Virus record (IMG/VR): IMGVR_UViG_3300022187_000010
Reading direction: 5' to 3' (one strand)
Source: a virus
Length of the DNA stretch: 34,903 nt
This document shows positions 30,444 through 34,903 of this stretch, piece by piece. The notes under the pieces are model-generated. The model had not been told where the DNA came from and did not search any database. It saw only the letters and a program-made list of their open reading frames with translations. Position numbers and translations under genes: made by a program. Numbering within the stretch: the first letter of the stretch is position 1; every line of letters begins with the position of its first letter.

Positions 30444-32276
30444 TTAAAAAGGTAAATCGTCATCTTCTATGATGTCATAATCTCCGTTGTCTATCTTCTT
30501 TTGGTGTATTATTTCTTTTGCACTTGATTCAAATTCTAAGTTAGGCTGTATCGTGTCTCCTATATCTTCTAAAGTTAAATCAATATCATGTCTAGGGCAA
30601 TCGTGGCCGTAGTATCTGCTATTGTCAACGTCGTAATTAAATGAAGACTCTGCGCCTATATTGCCCTGGAATTGAAATTTCGTTTTCAAGTTAATAAATT
30701 TTGTGTAACCAGACCCATTTTCATCCTCAAAATATCTGTGAATTGCAAACCCATTATGAGTTTGGTTTCTAAAATCGGCACTACCCGACACATCGTAAAG
30801 GCTCGGAGTATTATAAACTCCTGCATCGTCTTTCTTCATCTTAGTAGGGTGAGCAATTAAGAACACTACTACGTTATTGACTTGAGCAAAGGACGTTAAC
30901 TTAGTTAGCACCTCATTAATAGCATCTATCTTATTAACGCCTCTCGGTAGTAGTACTTTGTTGAAAGCATCAATTAAGAATATATCCACGCCAAAGGCAA
31001 ACATCTGTTCCTTAAATTTATCTAATAACCAATCCCACGTTGGTACTTCACCTTTTTCTGGTAGCGTTGTGTAGATCCGTTCATTTGCCCACCTTACATA
31101 TCTGTTAATGTCTGCTTCGTTTATTCGTGGTTTACCGCCTCTATCACTCCAAAAGTTTCTACCTATTGCCTTTTGTATTAAAGTTGTTTGGTGTAATGAC
31201 ATAGGGCTATGCTCTGGTGTGAACATTGACATCTTCATGTTGTAATCTTTCACCAAGTTTAAAGCGTACCACTCTGTAAAATTTGACTTTCCATGTGAGG
31301 GTATACCCGTACCTATTGTTAACTGCCCCCGCATTACGCTGTACATTTCGTTAAACTTGGCAAAGGTTGGGTGCTTAGGTTTAATTGTCTCGGGTAGTCC
31401 ATTGTGATAAAGGTCAAATATATCGCTCTCAATGTCTTTTATTTGCCATGTTCCAGATACTGGAAAGCGTTTCCTATTCTTAATGTCGTTCTCAATCTCA
31501 CCACTAATCAATGCACCGTTAGCGTCTTTATCTGTCCACTCTATGAACTCACATCTATAACGCCCTAGTCTTTGTGCTATGCGTTCCTTTAGTTCGTTTC
31601 CTTTAGTGTCGTTGTCAACTGCTATGATAAACTTCTCTATGTCTTTTATATAGATGTCAGAGTTCTTCCAGTAGTCGTCATTATCATTCGCCCCATTAGG
31701 TACGCTTATTACGTTTTTGATCCCGTAAGAATGTAAAGCAAGTACATCAAATTCACCCTCTACTATGTAGCATTCTGTTTCCCCTATGATTGAATTAATA
31801 TTGTAGAATATAGGTTTACCGCCTGTGGATTGAGTAAAGCACTTGTCTGCTGTGCGGTACTTCTTATTGACTAACTTATCACCCTCAAAGTAATTAAACA
31901 CAATGTTATTAACTTCCTTTTGTTTTTTAGGTTGGTAGTATTTCTCTTCTGTTATCCCTAAATCTTTTAAGGCAAACTGTTTAATTCTACGTTCATCTTC
32001 TACCCACTTAACTAGATTCTCGGATAGGTTGGTGTAGTTTGTCCATGTTTGGGATGGCAAGGTGTATTCTTTTACTTCATCTATCTTGCTCTCGGAATCT
32101 CTAAATGATAAGCTCTCACAATGAAAGCACTTTGCTACACCACTTGTAAAGTTAACATAAAGGCATGGGTCTTTTTTGTTCTTACGTGTGTGAGAACATT
32201 CAGGACACGTTGTTTTCATCGTACCGCTGTGCCTGTTCTTAGTCTCTATTTTATCCCAATCAAATATTTTAACCAT
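30444..32276 (-). CDS. Bifunctional primase-helicase (zinc finger, TOPRIM, DnaB/T7 gp4-like helicase)
   Basis: 610 aa. CPECSH...CFHC. TOPRIM motifs IVEGEFDVLAL and AVDNDTKGNE. Walker A GTGIPSHGKSNF and Walker B FLIDAFNK. Confidence 0.85.
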   Translation of the reverse strand: MVKIFDWDKIETKNRHSGTMKTTCPECSHTRKNKKDPCLYVNFTSGVAKCFHCESLSFRDSESKIDEVKEYTLPSQTWTNYTNLSENLVKWVEDERRIKQFALKDLGITEEKYYQPKKQKEVNNIVFNYFEGDKLVNKKYRTADKCFTQSTGGKPIFYNINSIIGETECYIVEGEFDVLALHSYGIKNVISVPNGANDNDDYWKNSDIYIKDIEKFIIAVDNDTKGNELKERIAQRLGRYRCEFIEWTDKDANGALISGEIENDIKNRKRFPVSGTWQIKDIESDIFDLYHNGLPETIKPKHPTFAKFNEMYSVMRGQLTIGTGIPSHGKSNFTEWYALNLVKDYNMKMSMFTPEHSPMSLHQTTLIQKAIGRNFWSDRGGKPRINEADINRYVRWANERIYTTLPEKGEVPTWDWLLDKFKEQMFAFGVDIFLIDAFNKVLLPRGVNKIDAINEVLTKLTSFAQVNNVVVFLIAHPTKMKKDDAGVYNTPSLYDVSGSADFRNQTHNGFAIHRYFEDENGSGYTKFINLKTKFQFQGNIGAESSFNYDVDNSRYYGHDCPRHDIDLTLEDIGDTIQPNLEFESSAKEIIHQKKIDNGDYDIIEDDDLPF

Positions 32277-32878
32277 TACAATACGCTTTTATTAATAGTT
32301 TGACCTTGTGAATTTACAAACGTGTTAGAACTTGCTTTAGGTTTAACCTTGTTTTCTTCTTTAAACCAAACGCTACGCATCTTCTGTTTCCAATTCTTAA
32401 CCACGTTTCCTTTACTGTCCGTCCACTTTCGCTTACCGCCAGTCAATGACGCATTATAATAGTCAAATGCTTTCTTAGCACTTTCTTTTGTATAACCGTT
32501 ATCTAAAAAATACTCTTCAACCAAACTTAAAGGAGGTGGAAAGGATGGGTCTAATTCCCCTTCCCCTTTCTCTTGTTCTTCTTCTTCCCCTTGTTCTTGT
32601 TGTGAAGGGTCTTGACTACCCCCTTGCGAAGGGTCTTGGCTAGGGTGCTTCAAAGCTACGCCAGTCTTATCTTCAAAGCCTTTTACACTTTTATCTATTG
32701 CGTGTTGTTGAGATGTATATGCAAAGTCTGCCATGTCAGATAATTCTTTTGGCTCAACTCCATAAAACATTCTCTCCATTAATGCTTCAATGAACTGTTT
32801 TTTGTCTTTATCGTGTTTAAGCTTATTGTAAACATCGTAATAAGACTTCAAGAAATTAAATGCTTTTCGATTACTCAT
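32276..32878 (-). CDS. Replication-module protein of unknown function with an acidic low-complexity linker
   Basis: 200 aa. Two folded-looking ends are separated by SQDPSQGGSQDPSQQEQGEEEEQEKGEGE. TAATG coupling to the primase-helicase. Confidence 0.55.
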   Translation of the reverse strand: MSNRKAFNFLKSYYDVYNKLKHDKDKKQFIEALMERMFYGVEPKELSDMADFAYTSQQHAIDKSVKGFEDKTGVALKHPSQDPSQGGSQDPSQQEQGEEEEQEKGEGELDPSFPPPLSLVEEYFLDNGYTKESAKKAFDYYNASLTGGKRKWTDSKGNVVKNWKQKMRSVWFKEENKVKPKASSNTFVNSQGQTINKSVL

Positions 32879-33663
32879 ATCTCTTGAATAGTAAAAGGTT
32901 TAAAGTTTTGGCTCTTTAAGTAAGGCTTACAAACAGTCTTATTTCTAACATGTTTAATTGCGGTCGTAGTACTTATAATCTTTAATAAGTCTGGATCTGT
33001 ATAATTTTTATAATAAGAAACTTTACCTGTTTCTATTTCTACCACTTTCAAACCTTTGCACTTTCTTGTTTTGATTCCCTTTATTTTTCTTTCCTTTTCC
33101 CAAACGCATGACTTACATGTATTCCTTTCATGTCTAAACTCGTTCGGTTTTTTAAAAACATTACAACAAATACACTTTTTCTCTATTATGCACCCATCTT
33201 TTATTTTAGCAGTATTCAGCGTGTGTTTAGAGAATTTAGGTCTAATTCTATCTAAGTGAGACATTTTTCCGCTATCCGTGGTTAACCTAAGCACCTCACT
33301 CATATCGCCTATTTTTAGATTATCTAAACTATTGTTTTTCCAGTTGTTGTCTCTATGTACAACATAGTACTCTGGCAAGCAATCTTTATTATAGTTAAAT
33401 GAAAAGAAAACAAGCCTAGATACTTGAAATCTTTTACATATACCTCCTACGCATAATGTAGCCACAAGGGAGGAATCACCCATAGATTGTTTTAATATTC
33501 TTTCTCTTACCCATCTTTCCCCGCCTCCATTAGCCTGCACGTATCTTCCAACACTCTTAACCCTGCCAAGATTAGACACTTCATATATACCGTCAAAACC
33601 TATAACATCAATCCATTCCTCTCCATGCAGCGATTCTAAATCAAGTTTTTTATAATATTCCAT
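32875..33663 (-). CDS. Free-standing HNH homing-type endonuclease (NUMOD4 plus HNH_3)
   Basis: 262 aa. EEWIDVIGFDGIYEVSNLGRVKS (NUMOD4) and VVHRDNNWKNNSLDNLKIG (HNH), plus a C-terminal Cys cluster. Confidence 0.75.
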   Translation of the reverse strand: MEYYKKLDLESLHGEEWIDVIGFDGIYEVSNLGRVKSVGRYVQANGGGERWVRERILKQSMGDSSLVATLCVGGICKRFQVSRLVFFSFNYNKDCLPEYYVVHRDNNWKNNSLDNLKIGDMSEVLRLTTDSGKMSHLDRIRPKFSKHTLNTAKIKDGCIIEKKCICCNVFKKPNEFRHERNTCKSCVWEKERKIKGIKTRKCKGLKVVEIETGKVSYYKNYTDPDLLKIISTTTAIKHVRNKTVCKPYLKSQNFKPFTIQEI

Positions 33664-33676
33664 TTTATATTAAATT

Positions 33677-33704
33677 AAAAAACCCTCTTAAATCCTCTGA
33701 GGTT
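33677..33704 (-). terminator. Weak stem-loop plus U6, 14 nt before the HNH start codon
   Basis: Minus strand reads AACCTC-N11-GAGG(G)TT followed by TTTT. The left arm overlaps one arm of an 8-bp long-range pairing (GGTTCCAC/GTGGAACC). Confidence 0.3.
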
Positions 33705-33775
33705 CCACTTTCAGATTCATTAAGAAGGTTAGTTAAAATTTCCCCGTTGCTATATTGTGGAACCGCAACTATACA

Positions 33776-33805
33776 CAAAGATAATACTTATTCTTTAATA
33801 TCAAA
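33776..33805 (-). promoter_or_regulatory. Host-type promoter candidate: TTTG-N18-TATCTTTG
   Basis: Near-consensus Bacteroidota -33/-7 boxes in a 146-nt gap. Its extended -7 region ATAAGTATTATcTTTG is shared with 27626..27641. Confidence 0.5.
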
Positions 33806-33809
33806 GTAT

Positions 33810-34448
33810 TTAACTAAATAATTCACCTTGTTTATTATTATTGTGGTTGTATATACCTCTTGCTATGTCAAATATGTGTTGACCTACTTCATAGTCTACC
33901 AAGTTACGAGCTATCTTATCCTTTCGCTGTGTTCCTTTATATCCGCTTAAATCAATCTTATGGAACTTCTCTAACTCTTTACGTTTTGCGTGTATAAAAT
34001 TTTCTGCTTTACGTCCCTTGAATCCTGGTATTTTAAAGTTAGACCAAAACAAATGCCTGCCTATTTCTTTGGCTTGTATAAGCGGCTCATAGTAAGGTAC
34101 GACATTTTCAACCACCCACTTACCCTTAAAAAAATGTTCTAAAAATATAATCTCTTGGTATAGTTTCATGTCGGGATAACTTGCGGGAGACTTTCTCTCT
34201 CCCTCCCCTGTGTTCGTTTTTCTCATTCTACTATGTGTCGGACATGGAGGACTAGACCATATAAAATCAAATTCTTTATAGTGATCTAACAAGTATTGAT
34301 GTGCGTCTGCTACCACTACCTTGTCGTTAGGGAATCTTTCCTGGTACATCCTAGCTAACTCAGGGTCTAACTCTACTGCTGTTACCTCGCAGTTATCCCA
34401 TAGCAATCTATTACCACCTAGACAAGCGTATAAATTAAGTACTTTCAT
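33810..34448 (-). CDS. Very short DNA (cytosine-5)-methyltransferase-like protein
   Basis: 212 aa. Motif I LYACLGG, motif II VELD, motif IV SSPPCPTHS, motif VI VVENV and motif X-like ARNLV. Only about 55 aa lie where a target-recognition domain is expected. Confidence 0.7.
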   Translation of the reverse strand: MKVLNLYACLGGNRLLWDNCEVTAVELDPELARMYQERFPNDKVVVADAHQYLLDHYKEFDFIWSSPPCPTHSRMRKTNTGEGERKSPASYPDMKLYQEIIFLEHFFKGKWVVENVVPYYEPLIQAKEIGRHLFWSNFKIPGFKGRKAENFIHAKRKELEKFHKIDLSGYKGTQRKDKIARNLVDYEVGQHIFDIARGIYNHNNNKQGELFS

Positions 34449-34731
34449 TCTCTTTAGTTTTAAAGTATTTTTGACTTGGTTTTAACATTTTTCTTTTTTT
34501 GAATCCTTTTTTACTCCTAGAAATAAGATAACCACTATCTATAAGTTGCTTAATTCTTCTTAGGTTAGACTGGTCTGTGTCTCCTAGTATCGCAGTTATA
34601 TAAGATGCAGGTTGATGATAGTATCCATTTTCGCTTATCTCACAGTAGTTATCTATGATAGTTAGTATAGAGTACTCCTCAATGGATAAAAGCTCTTTAA
34701 ACGGCTTGTATTTAGTTAGGTCTATTTTCAT
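34435..34731 (-). CDS. Winged-helix DNA-binding protein
   Basis: 98 aa. ITAILGDTDQSNLRRIKQLIDSGYLISRSKKG is wHTH-like. The C-terminal tail is basic. Confidence 0.5.
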   Translation of the reverse strand: MKIDLTKYKPFKELLSIEEYSILTIIDNYCEISENGYYHQPASYITAILGDTDQSNLRRIKQLIDSGYLISRSKKGFKKRKMLKPSQKYFKTKENEST

Positions 34732-34903
34732 TACTTCCTAATTTGTAATTCTTCACCAGTCAAAGCAAAGTATAAATTTTGTAAAGTGTGGACGTGCTTG
34801 ATGTGTCCAAACTCACTAAACGATATATTGAATGCTTTTAAATATTTATTACCAGCAAACCTACCTTTTAAAACATAAGTAACCATGAAGTTGCCTAGTT
34901 TGT
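34731..34903 (-). CDS. C-terminal part of the junction-spanning 115-aa ORF (see 1..302)
   Basis: Ends ...NLYFALTGEELQIRK with TAA at 34733-34731, overlapping the next ATG (TAATG). Bases 34777-34903 duplicate 1-127. Confidence 0.7.
   Translation of the reverse strand, partial: KLGNFMVTYVLKGRFAGNKYLKAFNISFSEFGHIKHVHTLQNLYFALTGEELQIRK
34777..34903. repeat. Terminal direct repeat copy 2 (identical to 1..127)
   Basis: Exact 127-nt identity with the left end. Confidence 0.95.

Noticed and set aside
32602-32640. Imperfect 24-nt tandem repeat (gaagggtcttg at 32604 and 32628).
   Set aside because: It lies inside a coding region and simply encodes the repeated SQDPSQ low-complexity linker. It is not a CRISPR-like or regulatory repeat.
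937-33259. All plus-strand ORFs in the six-frame track (for example 937..1134, 4151..4528, 7812..8216, 14205..14720, 15377..15799, 16306..16641).
   Set aside because: Nearly all lie antisense inside a longer, well-supported minus-strand gene; 937..1134 also spans the 951..1044 gap. They have low-complexity, Leu/Ser/Ile/Phe-rich translations typical of shadow ORFs in AT-rich DNA. None has a recognisable motif or its own regulatory signals.
1-34903. Prophage boundaries, an integrase or lysogeny module, CRISPR arrays or rRNA genes.
   Set aside because: No integrase, recombinase or repressor-like ORF was found. No att-like repeats were found other than the assembly-type 127-nt end overlap. No spaced direct-repeat arrays were seen in any gap.

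Overview
This window is a complete, circularly closed genome of an AT-rich tailed dsDNA phage. Bases 1-127 repeat exactly at 34777-34903, so the unit length is 34,776 bp, and one ORF reads through the junction. All convincing genes lie on the minus strand and are tightly packed, with many TAATG/ATGA stop-start overlaps. No Shine-Dalgarno sequences are visible, and several intergenic sites match the Bacteroidota -33/-7 promoter pattern (TTTG ... TAnnTTTG). I therefore infer a Bacteroidota (Flavobacteriia-like) host. Reading in the direction of transcription (high to low coordinates), the modules are as follows. (1) wHTH protein, a very short C5-cytosine methyltransferase, an HNH (NUMOD4) endonuclease, a replication-module protein, a T7 gp4-like primase-helicase, a NinG-like nuclease, a second HNH nuclease and small proteins. 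(2) An HTH protein, a structured 274-nt leader and a sigma-70/ECF-like sigma factor. (3) Small membrane proteins, then TerS, then a 3-kb island of three glycosyltransferases plus a sulfotransferase, then TerL. (4) DUF3310, a two-frame gene split at a U9 run, neck, large tail proteins, a tape-measure-like protein, XkdF-like protease, scaffold, major capsid, tube-like protein, portal with a MuF-like extension, connectors and a LamG fibre. (5) Lysis cassette of two holin-like proteins, an amidase and a u-spanin-like lipoprotein. (6) A DEDDy exonuclease, small proteins and a secreted GH73 muramidase-like protein. By eye I found no tRNA, rRNA, CRISPR array, integrase or DNA polymerase. The most notable signals are: a 32-nt GTTACAA-N11-TATATTTAT element present four times in front of virion gene blocks; the glycan/sulfation island splitting the terminase genes; a U9 slippery run joining two ORFs; promoter-proximal hairpin leaders; and a possible opposite-strand small RNA.
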